Shown: piece by piece, positions 37,145 through 50,129 of the stretch
How the letters are laid out: each line of letters opens with the position of its first letter
Position numbering within the stretch: position 1 is the first letter of the stretch
Notes under the pieces: generated by a model
Seen by the model: only the letters and a program-made list of their open reading frames with translations
Told to the model about the DNA's origin: nothing
Database searches by the model: none
Position numbers and translations under genes: made by a program
Assembly: GCF_022539665.2 (NCBI RefSeq)
Contig: NC_081332.1
Coordinates: forward strand, 7,502,001-7,566,000
DNA from: Daphnia carinata
Taxonomy: Eukaryota
Length of the DNA: 64,000 nucleotides
Direction of reading: 5' to 3'

Positions 37145-38352
37145 ACCTACGCTGTCACTGGGCGTGAAAAAATTTTGCTTTTCGTTGCATAATTGCTATT
37201 GCTTCATTTTCAATTGTCATCTTTGGACAATACGATGGAGAGGCAGGTAAAATACAACATTGACTTCATGGGCTGAAGCTACGGCTGACCAAAAACGAGG
37301 GCAAACGAATTGCATCCCAGAAAGGTCATGCAAACCCTAACCAAAAATCCCTTTCATGATCCAAGTAACTAATCAAAATCTAAACCATTCATTTTGCTTA
37401 CCTTTTGCGTTCTGCATCTTCTCTTCTGCATCTTCTTATTGCTTGATCTTCAACTTGATAGATCAATGGATCAGTCACATGCTCAAGTCTCTCTACGCTG
37501 CACAACTACATCCACGTTGTTCCTATGTCGCTGATTAGCGATGGACTGATGCGTTCGAACAGAACACGATAGAAAAACCTCGGAAAGAACAAACTAAATG
37601 AAATGCTGTACTGTGGGAAGGAGGAGCTAAGATTTGGTCAGCTCTTTCTCACATTCTCCCGGAAGCAGATAAAATTGAAACGACTAATGACACACTCCAA
37701 ACCAGGTGGGCAGGGCAAGAAACAGAGCAACGCTTCACTTCTAAAAGATCTTTTTGCTTAGCATGACAACTTGTAACATTTTATATAATCTAAATGCAAT
37801 TTAAGAATAGATTTATTCAGTATAGGATCGTTAGAAAGAAGGGCACAGATGTCGTCCATTGCTATTAGCAATGTTGAATAACAAAACGATGACACGCTAA
37901 CTCACCTGTTAAACTAAAAATAGAATTCTTTGCAGATTTTTCTCGTCAGAGTTTTAGCTTTTCGTTCAAATTCATTTTGAGTTTGCTTTCGTAATGGAGG
38001 TCTCTCATTTCTGTCGTTTCCTTTATAGCGCACATGTCGATCTGTTTCAACATCACGCGTAACAGGGACCTACTGGCACCGGCCAAAGTAAAGACGATTT
38101 ACGGAGAGAAAGTATTGATGGTGTCCGGGAAGGGGGATTGTGCAATATGAAAAAATAGGCGTTACAACTATCCACTTCGTATATTTTTTTGTTTTAGACT
38201 TTAGTTATCTAGGTTTGTTTTGCTCCGCCTAACGTCAGGGATTGGTATAAACGATTGAACAGTTCACCTAGGTTCGTCACAAACACATCGGCAGCTTTAA
38301 CAAAGAAGAGAACGTTCCAACGCAACATATATCGTCTTAATTCCAGAGAAAA

Positions 38353-38741
38353 ATGGGAGCCAATTTCAAAGTAAGTACGATAGTTTTAAAATAAGCAAAA
38401 TTTTGAATGGATTTCTTTTTTTTTTTGTTTCCTTTCTGGCGTTGAAGATTAGATTGCCTTCCTTAGCTTTGATGATGTTCCCTATGGCAATGGGGAAAAA
38501 AGTAAAATTATATTATGGCCATGGAGGATGTGGAGGAAATGGCGCATATGACGATATGGCGGTTATGACGGATATGGCGGTTATGACGGATATGGCGGAT
38601 ATGGCGAATATGGACATGGAAACAGCAATGGATACAAAGGTAGCAAATACGTCATTTCTACTTAGCTTATTTTAATGTCATAAAATACACCGTTATGGGA
38701 TAGGATATGGACACAGCTACTACGACGGATACGGCTACTGA
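38353..38741 (+). pseudogene. Secreted Gly/Tyr-rich (GGY repeat) protein pseudogene
   Basis: Same 3-exon layout as the gene at 63270; 1-nt frameshift at ~38553 and an eroded signal peptide. Confidence 0.8.
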
Positions 38742-38935
38742 AATGTCTACGATCAAACGATGTAACATTTGTTTTGATGAACGTGACCATGACTTGATTG
38801 TAAACTCATGTATCCAACTCACTTAATTTTCAAAAATAAACACAGTTTCAAAAAAATAAATTTATCAATTGATTTGCGTCGGAAGAAACACTAGCAAACA
38901 CAAACATCAATTTCAATTCGGTAATTCGAAACGGA

Positions 38936-39055
38936 TTCTCCATGCGATGCTCGAACTCACAACTTCGGCATGACTTCCTTTGATTGCAGAATCTATCAGC
39001 ACAACTCCTTCCTGTATTATAAATACCTTGCTATAACCAATTGCGCCACTGGAGA
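38936..39055 (-). pseudogene. Intron-containing tRNA-Ile(TAT) pseudogene
   Basis: tctccagtggcgcaattggt..ggtatttata + ~45-nt intron + atgccgaagttgtgagttcgagc..tggaga matches the Ile-TAT architecture with mismatches. Confidence 0.75.
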
Positions 39056-39308
39056 CGTTACAACTCACCATTTCCATGCAACATCAAGTTGCGAGAATGA
39101 AATTTAAGAAACCTGCAGTCAGTACCCTTTCTGTTCTCTTCTTCCCGTCGTTCTTCTCCTCAACACATGAAATGCACAAATAATTTTATTCTTATCGTAA
39201 CTTGATTCGTGTTATTTTCTTCCACACTCGCATACGTTATCAATCAAATATGGGATATAGCATTCGGTAACGAGCTAAGTATTTATGAACAATGGTAAAA
39301 TTCATGCA

Positions 39309-39418
39309 TTCTCCAGGCGAGGCTCGAACTCGCGACCTCAGCATTACTTCCATCCATATCAATCACCAGTGCTACTTACAATCTTATACCTTGCGCTAAC
39401 TAACTGCACCCCTGGATA
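39309..39418 (-). pseudogene. Second degenerate intron-containing tRNA-Ile(TAT) copy
   Basis: 3' half atgctgaggtcgcgagttcgagcctcgcctggaga is well preserved; the 5' half and anticodon are eroded. Confidence 0.65.
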
Positions 39419-40115
39419 CATAATTTTAGCGTCTTCAAATGCAAATTCCTTATGTAGAAAATAAGCAGAGCAAAGGCCTTTAGAAACAAATAGACGCACA
39501 AACGCATCACTTTCAATCAGCAACTGATGTGGGGGCTCATATTTACAGTGGTTACAAATCAAAATCACATGTTTTCACGGGTAATGTTCATCACGAAATC
39601 ACAGGGAATTTAAATTGAACATACTTCTGGCGGGACACGCAATCCCCGATCTAGGAGCCCGGTACCTTTAGGCCACGAATGCATTTAATGGACAAACAGG
39701 CCTAAAATTCGTTCTTTTTCATACGATAACTGCAAAGAAGAACGAAATAAACAAAGAAAAGGAAAAGTCACTAGCGTACGCTTTGGATAATTAAACAATG
39801 CAGAAATTGCCTTACGTTTCAAAGTGTGGACTACAATTGTTTGAAAGTCCGTAATGTAGAACACTGTAGAGAAAGCCCCGATGTTGGAGCACTTTTCATT
39901 TGATCGGTGCAAAGATCAAACAACAGGTCAACACAAACACATGTCCTTTCTTCAATCGATTTAGGAACAATCGGATATGTTCCTTATTAGAACTTGGTAA
40001 AAGGCATCTGAAAAAGAAAAGCGAAGGGCGTTGCTCTGCTGTATATAAACGTCACAAAAGAGCAGAAAGGACATCAGTTAGCCAACTGTCTCAATCGCTC
40101 TATCAACTACTCAAC

Positions 40116-40860
40116 ATGCAGGTAAAATCGCCTGTGCAACCCATGGGTTTGGAAATTACGATCTAGTTCTAGTAAATCACTTTTAAATTTTAAAGCTCGT
40201 TGTACTCGCCACCTTGGTCGCTGTCGCCGCAGCCAATTCCGAATACTTAGGCCAAACTTCTTCAAATTCAAATTCCGCTTCCAATTTTCTTTCTTTTTCA
40301 CCCTCAACATACGAGGTCAAACAATACGTAAGTCCAATTCGTTTTTCTTTTATGGAGTCAAAGCAGTTCTAAATGAACAATTGTTCATGCAACAGCTCGC
40401 TCAGCCGTACTCTTTCAACTGGGCCGTATACGATGGTTATGGCAACGACTACTCTCACTATGAGAGCAGTGACAGCAAAGTAACCACCGGCAGTTACCGT
40501 GTCCTCCTCCCCAATGGCCATGTTCAGATCGTCACCTACAAGGCTGATGATTACGGATACACTGCTGATGTCAAGTACGAAGGTCAAGCCAAGTACCCTG
40601 TTCCAGCCCCCTACTCAGCCCAGGCTTACTCCGCACCTGTATTCATCTCTGAAGCTGTCACTTTTCCAGCTGTATCCTCTCGTACTTACTCCGCACCAGT
40701 TTTTACCGGTCCTGCTGGTCCTGCTGTTGTTTCTCGTACTTACTCCGCACCAGTTTTTACATCTGATGGCTCCGCGTTTGGCCGTGTTTCCCAGACCGGC
40801 ACTGGTCCGGCAACTGGATCCGTCTACGTGACTTCCGGTAACGTTGCTCGCGACTATTAA
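40116..40860 (+). CDS. Cuticular protein with chitin-binding R&R domain and YSAPVFT repeats (3 exons, apparently intact)
   Basis: TATATAAA at ~40042; exon 1 ATGCAG|gt; signal peptide LVVLATLVAVAAA; QPYSFNWAVYD..GSYRVLLPNGHVQIVTYKADDYGYTADVKYEG; ends NVARDY*. Confidence 0.9.
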
Positions 40861-41496
40861 GCGCCATGCATTCTGAAAATATATCTATATACATCAAAGA
40901 GATGTCAAATTAAATATCCAATAAAGCATATATATCAGCAATAAAATATATGAAAGCAAGGCTTCTGTGTTCTAATTCATTATAAAGCTGCAACAAATAA
41001 CATGTGTCATGGTACTAAGGCAGTATAAAACTCTATCTTCCAACATCAATGCTAAACAATGACATAATTCCGGATATCTCTTGATCTCTGGCGATATTTG
41101 CACCACCAATCCCCAATTTAGAATGTCGGTGCCTTATCCTTTAGGCAATTTGAATGTTTGGTACTCCACCTGGCAATCTTTGGGTTGGGAGACCAATGTC
41201 TTATTTGATCTAAACACCATGCAAACCAATGGAAAACACGCTTAGCGTGTTGTAGTTAATCGAGATGTAAACTTTTCACGAATACAAAGCTGCCTCCTGC
41301 TTACACCATTTGGCAATAGTACTACACTGTTTAAAAACCTACTTTCGAAAAATGTTAGAAAGGAAAAATGACGGTCACTTCAGTAGCATCTCACAACTAT
41401 AACGTAATATGTTCGCGACGTTTGCACGCAATTGAAACAGTTAATGTGTAACAACGTGAATCATTATGAACATTAAATTTACCTTAATTCACGTTG

Positions 41497-41569
41497 TACT
41501 TCTGGTGGGAGTCGAACCCGCAATCCCCGGCATAGTAGGCCGGTGCCTTATCGTTTAGGCCACAGAACC
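41497..41569 (-). pseudogene. tRNA-Arg-derived pseudogene (anticodon now ACT)
   Basis: ggttctgtggcctaaacgataaggcaccggcctactatgccggggattgcgggttcgactcccaccagaagta. More eroded copies lie at ~39622-39682 and ~41085-41150. Confidence 0.7.
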
Positions 41570-43077
41570 TGTTTAATCATTTAAATTACCTTACATCATT
41601 TAATTACAGATTAACAATATGTGCGATTGCCATCTCATTAAAACTTCTATGAAAGAATATCGTTTCGCATAACCGCTTTCTATGCGGTAGGTCAAACTCG
41701 TATGAAAGTGAGTCATCATGACGTTTTCTTACCTTGGTTGATCAAAGTCAAAATGAACACCATGCCAATTGTTTTCAGGGAAAGCAGATCTATTTCTTTT
41801 TTCCAGGAAGGAATCCAATCCACGTTGAAGCTTACAAGTTCAGCGGTCAAGAAATCAATTGGACGTTATCACTCCCTGAATACCAAACGTATAGAATTTA
41901 ACGTATAAAAATTAACTACGTTACATTATTTGAAATGATAATTGCTTACCTTTAATCCCAAGGTGCTTTTAATCGATTCTTCTAGATACTTGACTCAATA
42001 AATCTAGACCCTAATCTATCCACCAAACAACAGCTCAAAAACATCCCCCATCCTACGCATGAATTCACGACCTCGGCTACACGTCTCAATTCAACACGTT
42101 TAGTTACTGTCTTTAACGTACTATACGTTAAGCAACAGCGCCACTGTAAAAATTGACAACAGTTTCATTGTTCATTGGGTACACTGCAAGTAAAATTCTT
42201 AAATAATGAAATATAGTAAAAGAGCGAATTGGGACAGTGTTTGGGCTAACAGCCTTTCTTAAGGGGAATGTGTGTAAAGCCGATCTGCTAATTTCGGACA
42301 AAAACCCTAATTCATTGGACATCTCTGCTAATTCTGGACAGTCTTATTTCTCAAAACTAATTTATGCATTCGGTTCAGTTTTTAATTCTCAATCCAATAG
42401 CTTAAGACGTCGAAGGGGGTCCAATAGAAAAATATTGCGAAATTTATGTTTTCAACAACCAAAACAATGAGCTGTCAAAACGAGACTTCATTTTTTCAGG
42501 CCTGGTAACTTGCGATTGAAACTCACCCTAAAAACATAAAATATAGATTTTTAAAATTGTATTAAACACTTCGCTCTTTAAGTAGCCAATAGGTTATAGT
42601 ATCCACGGTAAAAACCCAAAAATAAATGTGATAGAAATTTTCGAGAAAAAAGCATAAGCACTTCCCGTAAACACGCCGTAATGTCCGAAATTTTAAACCG
42701 AAAAAAATTGTTTTTAACTTTCTCTATCCTACCAAATATCGCCGTAAGAATGTTTGTCGACTGTTTCGTAACTGTAGTGTCTGGTTCAGATAACTCGTTT
42801 TGATAGCCGGATGGTGATTAATTAACTGGATACAATGAGATAATTGTGCTGGTACTTGTATTGGGACCACTACGCAGTCATCACTCTTCCAAGTCACTTT
42901 CTTCACTAACTGGACCACCTTAGGTCAAAGCCCTCTGGTGTCCCATTACAGTGTTAGGAGTGACCTCTAATGGTCAGAATCGCTTACCGACACTACACGT
43001 AACAATGCGTTAAAATTTGTTACTAACGTAGACATATAATATTCATTTAATTGCTGACTGATTTTAGTCTATTTTCC

Positions 43078-46004
43078 CATAAGCTCCCATGACGCTAAAT
43101 CTGGACAGCAGACTATATTGACATGTATAAGTTGTATACCAAAAATTATAGAACGTTCATAGCACAGTCATAAGGCTTTAGCGTGCAAGTTTGGAAGTCG
43201 GTGTTCCAACCCTATATAGTAGCTGATTATAATTCATTGCTTATACATTTCAGCTCATACCATACGAATTTCTTTTTTTATTCAAGAATTAAATTAATTT
43301 CTTTTTTAATTCATTTTAATCATCCAAAGCTAACATTTTTCCAATTACTGTTACATCCCTGAGTTCGCCTAAATTCCGGTTATAAATCAGAAACTTCGTC
43401 ACCTTAGCCAGCTTACCATATTCATCTAACATATGATGGCAATTTTCATATTTTATACATAAGCCCCCATGGCACTAATTTGGGACATCATGACTATAAA
43501 CTAAATAACGTTGGTAGGTTGTGTTTCTACTATCAATCAACAGTGGCATAGTCGTACGGTGTTGGAATACCAACTTGAAGGTTGGTGGTTCAATATCAAT
43601 TGGGGCTCATTTGCAAATATTTATTTATTATTTGTAATTTTTAATCTTATTTTGTGAGATTTTATACAATCGCCAAAGACAACATTTAATCAACATTTAA
43701 ACAAACGCAATATCAACAAATCTTGGTATTAATAGATTCGTTTAAATGTTCTCCACAGGGCTATTAAATATTTTATGAAAATCATATGACAATATTCTTC
43801 TAACCAATGATTTAAATTCTTATATTTTTTACATAAGCCCCCGTGACGCTAATTTGGCCCGTGACACCAGACTACATACAAGAAGACTTGCTATGCTTTT
43901 CAATAATTTTACATTCACCATGGCATAATCGTAAGATGTTCGTTTGCTTCCGTAAAGGCTAGTGGTTCTATAATGTCAAGGCAATACTTTTAGGTATCGT
44001 TTTCTCCATTTCCTTATTTCTCCTTTTTTGTGAGATATTTTGAAATCACTAAAGATACCTCGCACTACTTCAATATTAATAATATTAGGATCAATAGATT
44101 CGTTTAAGTTTTCTCTACATGGCTGTTGAATATTTTATGAAAATCATTTGAGAATATTTATCTCATGGCTGATTGAAATTCTTATCTATTTTCCATAAGT
44201 TCCCGTGACGCTAATTTGGGACAGCAGACTACATACAGAAAGACATGTTATGCTTTTGAACCACTTTGTGTGAACCATGGCATAGTCGTTAGACGTTCGA
44301 TTGCCACACCAAAAGGTTAATGGTTCTATAATGTCAAGTCACTAATTTTAATTTTTTTACTCCTCCTTTCCTCATTTTCCCCTTTTTTGTTAGATTTTTT
44401 TTAATCACTTAAGATACCTTACACCACTACAATATCAACAATATTAGGATCGATAGATTCGTTTAAGTTTTCTTTACATGGCTATTTAATTTCATATGAA
44501 AATCATGTGAAATTATGCATCTAATCGATGATTGCAATTCTTATGTGTTTTACATAAGCTCCCGTGACGCTAATTTGGGACAGCAGGCTACATACTAGAT
44601 GACATATTATGCTTTTGAATAATGTTTTGTTCAAGATGGCATAGTCGTAAGACGTTTGATGGACAAACTATAGGACTGTGGTTCTATGCTGTTCAGGCAC
44701 TATAATTTCATTTTTCAAATTTTTGAATTTTCCCCTTTTTTGTGAGATATTTTAAAATCACTTAAGATACCTTATACTAACACAATATCAAAAATATTAG
44801 TATCAATGGAATCGTTGAAGTTTTCTCTACATGGTTGTCTAATATTTTCTGAAAATCATGTTATAGCATTCATCAAATCGGTGATTGCAAGTCTTGTATT
44901 TTTTGCATAAGCTCCCATGACGCTAATTTGGGACAGCACACTACATACTAAGTGACATATTATAGTTTTCTGCTTCAATATGTCAAGGGTGGCATAGTCG
45001 TAAGACGTTGGATTGTTAACATGAAAGATCATGGTTCAACTCCAGTTGTAGAAAATCAAAACTTATTTTTTCCTGAAATTTTCACATTTTATCTATTTTG
45101 TGAGATTCTTTTAAATCTGCAATGACACCTTGAGCTAACGCAATATCAACAAATACTGGTATCAATAGAATCGATAAACTTTCCTCTACATGGCTGTTGA
45201 ATTGGTCATGAAAATCGTGTGATAATATTAATCTAATTGGTGGTTGCAATTCTTATCTTTTTTTACATAAGCCCCCGTGACGCTAATTTGCGACAGCAGA
45301 CTACATAAAAAAGACATGTTATGCTTTTTAATAATTTTTTGTGAACCATGGCATAGTCACAAGACGTTCGATTGCAACACTAAAGGTTAGTGCTTCTATA
45401 CTGTAAAGGCACTATTTTTAAGTTTCGTCTTCCTCATTTCCTTATTTTTTCTTTTTTGTGAGATATTTTGAAATCACTAAAGATACCTCACACTACTACA
45501 ATATAAATAATATTATGATCAATAGATTTGTATAAGTTTTCTCTACATGGTTGTTCAATATTTTATGAAAATAATGTAAAAATATGCATCTAATCGGTAT
45601 TTGCAATTTGTATGTGTTTCACATAAGCTCCCAAGACGCTAATTTGGGACAGCACACTACATACTAAATGACGTATTATAGTTTTCTGCTTTGTTATGTC
45701 ATCGGTGGCATAGTCGTAAGACGGTGGATTGTCAACCCGAAAATTCATGGTTCAATTCCATTTGAAGAAAATCAAAAATTCATTTTGCTTCATTTTTTCA
45801 CTTTTCATCACATTTTGCGAGATAACTAAATCTTCAGTGACATCTTAAACTAAGGCAATATCAACAAACACTGGTATCAATAGAATGGATTAACTTTCCT
45901 CTACATGGTTGTTGAATTTGTCACGAAAATCATGTGACAATATTTATCTAAAGGGTGATCGGAATTCTTATATTTTTTATATAAGCCCCCATAACGCTAA
46001 TTTG
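43078..46004 (+). repeat. Divergent tandem array of ~353-380-bp units (8 plus a partial), each with a tRNA-like A/B-box segment
   Basis: Core cataagc(t/c)ccc(g/a)tgacgctaatttgggacagca recurs at 43078, 43458, 43832, 44194, 44553, 44906, 45266, 45622 and 45980. Units carry tggcatagtcg..ggttc. Confidence 0.9.
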
Positions 46005-46006
46005 TA

Positions 46007-46275
46007 GGAAATAGGACTGAAAATTTCCAGACCTGTTTCTGCCGGAGAAAGTGGACTGGGAGAAATAGGACTGACTTTTAAAAACTTTTAGAACAGTCCT
46101 ATTTCTCCATGGTATCAGTCCTATTTCTCCTCGGCATCATTCCTATTTCTCCTTAGAAATGGTTCTATTTTTTTACCATGTTTCAGTGAAACGATGAGCC
46201 TCCAATCTGATAGGCAATTTGTAGCGTAAGAGCGCCGGCTAATATCCATTTTTCTTTTTCAAAAACCGATGGCGT
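46007..46275 (+). repeat. Direct repeat copy 1 (paired with 49873-50108), built from the palindromic GGAGAAATAGGACTG/CAGTCCTATTTCTCC motif
   Basis: Colinear matches through gacttttaaaaacttttag, acgatgagcctccaatc and atatccattt..aaaaaccgatgg in both copies. Confidence 0.9.
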
Positions 46276-46689
46276 TTACTCATTATTTAAATGGTTCACA
46301 AATTTTTTATCTCTTATCCTATTTTAATTTTAATTGCTGGGGAACATGAATTATTTTGAATCTAATAGAGTTCATTTATTAAAATTCTATAAGAGCAAAA
46401 TCAGAATATGTAAGAGCTGTATATAACGAAAGATGTATGAAATAGTAAAACATTAGTTCAATTGAAAAAGTTGGTTATGACCACATAATGTGCAATATAA
46501 GTAATAAATATTTCTGTAGTATGTCTAGTAGTATTTTGTTAAATGAACTCTATTAAATACAATATAGTTCATGTTCTCCTGTAATTTAAATTTTTAAAAA
46601 ATAAGTTAAAAAAATTCGTTTCAGTCCTATTTCACCGGCTACCGCAGTGACTGGAAATGTCCGTTCCTACCAAAATTCTGTTTAACCAA

Positions 46690-49461
46690 TGTTTCTTAAA
46701 ATGCCAAATTTAACTTACATTTCCATGTATTGGAGGTATCCCTCATCCACGTCGTCGTCAAATTCTTCATCCAATTGTGGCACACTGTTTTTTTTGAAGG
46801 AATTTTCCCTTTCCTGCACTTTTTCCGGCTTGCAGCTGCCTCCGTTTTTCCACCTCCGTCAAATGTTTTTTGGCTTTTTCTGCCGTGAGAATGGATAACG
46901 GTGGATTGCGCTCCGTGAAGGTTTTGGAATCTTAGGAAGGGGTCCGAAATCCAGTTTTGAGGGATGTTTGCATGTCGGCACAGCTGTAAACGCGTAGTGC
47001 AAAATTAGTTTTAAATGTGAAGGAAATAAGTAACTCTTTTCGCTTACCTCTGATTTCTCCAAAATATCTTTGAATAAGGTCTTTCCATAATTCGTACTTG
47101 ACCTTATCCATATCACTTAACTGGTTAGACATGTCAGAAACTTGGCCTTGTTCTTCGGATCCCAGAATTTGAATGAACCTATCTATTGTAGCTGGCGAGA
47201 TATTCTTTTCAAATTCTGCCACGATTGCGTGTCCACTCTAGAATTTTAATACAATGTTAAGACATGTTTCACAAATAAAGATAATAAAAGCCTTGCCTAT
47301 ACTGGGTTCAACAATGAATCCGATGGCAGTCTTGACAATTGAACTCCAGTTAGTGGCACCGATGCAAGCGGCTGTAGTTCGTTAATGGATGCATCTTTAG
47401 ACTACGAATGAATTCGATCAATAAAAAAAGTCGTCAAAAAATACCAAACCTAATGACAACTTACCGAATCAGGAAATCGTTCAGAATTTAGATCTGATAG
47501 CGATGAAGAACTATCTTGGGCAGGAGGACCTTCACGCCAGTCCAACGAAGAAATAGGGACGCCATTGATATCGGGGACCATATCATCGCTATCTCTTTCG
47601 CCATCTTGTTCGTCATCCTTTGACAAACATTTGGAAATTCTAAAATGCGAACGTTGTTAGTTAAGAAATCGATTAAATGTTCAACTAGCTAAAAACTTAC
47701 TTCACGGCATCGGGATTCCATGGATACAAGCCACAAGCTCTGAAACCATTTTGCCCATACTTAGTAGGCAAATTCTGCCACACTTGGTTGAAATAATGGG
47801 CCATATTCTTCACTGTGACCTTCATGTTGGCTGGATCCTTTCCTGTCCACTCGTGAATTTTAATTTTCCATAAACTCTTCAAGGGTTTGAAAAGGGCTAC
47901 ATCACATGGTTGCAGTATATGTATCGTGTTTGGGGGACAACAGATTAAGATGATCTGGTTTTCCATACAAATGTCTGAAATCCGGATATTAATGTGGCTG
48001 CGGTGGCCATCCAGATACAGCACGATAGGGAACTGTACATCCTTCCTCTTCAGCTCAGAAATAAATTGATGTGACAGCCAATGGCAAAAGGCATCGACCG
48101 TCATCCACCCTTTTTTGGTACAAAATACCTTAAAACCTGGTGGCATTTGCTCCTTCAGCATCCATTGCTGCGTCCGTTCGTAAGGGTAAAGCACAATGGG
48201 GGGTAAAATCCAATCAGACGCCGAGACTGTAGCCAAAACAGAGACACCAGTCTTGGCAGAACTTTTCAATGAGAGATAAACATCTCTAGATCCAAGTTCT
48301 GACAAGACTTTTCCTTTGCCTGGCGAAACAAGAAAGAAACTTTCATCGCAATTGAAAGATCTTGTAGGGTCGGCGAAAATGCCCTGTAAACCGTTCGCAC
48401 TGTGAAACAAATTATAAATGAATACAGATTCTTCATGATATGTGTTAATCGATAAACACACTGCGAATGTGAAGTTATGCAGCTATAAACAGGTGCGAGT
48501 GCAACGAGAACCAAGCTACTGCAAAAACTTATTTTTCTACAAGCGTAGCCTATTGCTGGAGGAGGTCGTGAGGCGTTATTAGGCTTTTGCCGAGGTCCAA
48601 AACTTCTGCAGTTCTGAGTGACAGGTTATGCCGCTTTGTGAATTTTGGAAGCCATCTTTCCGTTAGGCGATTGTTAGCAAACGTTGTGGTCCTTTTTGCA
48701 CTATTTAAGGTATGCTGAATAGAATCCAACAATTCCTTGTTCGTAACGGGAAACCCTACTCTAGCCATATTGCGAACCCAATTGGCGATAATAATTTCGT
48801 CTTCTTCTAACAAAAGAGTTGGTTTTCCTCTTTTGTTTTTAATTGGTCCTTCCGTGTTGCAACCATTGGCAAATTTTAAAATCTTATTGTGCGAATACAA
48901 GCAAAATCATAATTAGCAAAAACAATTTTTAATCTAGGTTAATTATTCAGCTAAAAGAATTCTTCACATTAATCAGGTTTTAAGAAAATAAATTGATCTG
49001 AGAGACTTATTGTAAAAAGGCGATGGCCGCGCAAGTGATGGAATCATGACATTTTCGAAATGTGTCCATTACTTTCGAAGTGAGTTCTAAGAGAAACAAT
49101 ATTACTGGCATTCATTTAAATGCCATTTTTATCTCAAAAGAGATTGTGAAAGAAGCAATTCCGCTATAAAATAAAACCATTCTCCTAATTTACAATAGCA
49201 GGTAACACAACTATGACTTGCAAAGGTATGTTCTAATTTTGTAACAACTAATCGTTAGTCAGTGCATTAAACTTTTCTGAATATCATTAGAAAATGAATT
49301 ACAAATACCTTGTGACTGAGTGTGGATTTGGGAATGCCAAACATGCTGGCGACGCTTCGATACGATCCATCACCGGAGATGTAGGTTGCGACCGCATTCT
49401 CTAGATCCTTTGTAAAGCCTTTGTGTAAGCCATCTTCGAAACAGAAAAATGGAAAACTCAT
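46690..49461 (-). pseudogene. Multi-intron pogo/Fot1-like DD35D transposase (HTH-psq, CENP-B-type HTH, DDE_1), damaged
   Basis: SYRSVASMFGIPKSTL; WVRNMARVGFPV..WLPKFTKRH; NCDES, KGWM, LYLDGHRSH, then 35 aa to QPCDV, GFRACGLYP. Stop at ~48550; several GT-AG introns. Confidence 0.85.
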
Positions 49462-49872
49462 TGAAAACTTTTTTTCTTCGTCAGCACATGTTTACTGGTT
49501 AGGTAGTTTCCTAGCCTTTTATCAAATAACTATTAAGATTTGAGTTGAGATTATTAGCTTCAATATGTGCGTTTGAACTTCATTCCTTACGCTCTCAAGC
49601 CTAGTGCTTTACCACTGAGCTATCTAACTCTTGTTGATAAGTTTGTATTAATAAACAGTATTTGAAACAAACCCCAAAATGTAAGCAGAAATTTTTTTTT
49701 TTTTTGAGTTGATTTGACGTGATAGACGCACATATTCCACGCCACATAAATTCATTGAACGAATCAATAATACAAAAAATTTATCACCGATGGTGAGGAT
49801 TGAACCTCACACCTTTGACTCCCCAGCCAAGCATTCATCCGCTGAGCTATCTCGGATAAACGAAATATGACT

Positions 49873-50108
49873 GGAGAAATAGGAGTGAAAATTTCTAGTC
49901 CTATTTCTACCGGAGAAATAGGACTGACTTTTAAAAACTTTTAGGACAGTCCTATTTCTCCATGGCATCAGTCCTATTTCTCCTTAGAAATAGTCCTATC
50001 TCATTTACCTTGTTCCAAGGGGAACGATGAGCCTCCAATCCGGGTAGGCAATGTATTGCGTACGAGCGGTGGCTTATATCCATTTCCCTTTTAAAAAACC
50101 GATGGTGT
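49873..50108 (+). repeat. Direct repeat copy 2, preceded by two minus-strand tRNA-like sequences (~49567-49625, ~49785-49855)
   Basis: See copy 1. The tRNA-like pieces have TAGCTCAG(T/C)GG A-boxes and GTTCAA B-boxes. Confidence 0.85.
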
Positions 50109-50129
50109 CACCTCATAGATAACCCCCCT

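Noticed and set aside
35391..41569. Functional tRNA-Ser(ACT) genes from Arg copies with an ACT anticodon
   Set aside because: Arg-type bodies without the long variable arm and with stem mismatches; better explained as pseudogenes.
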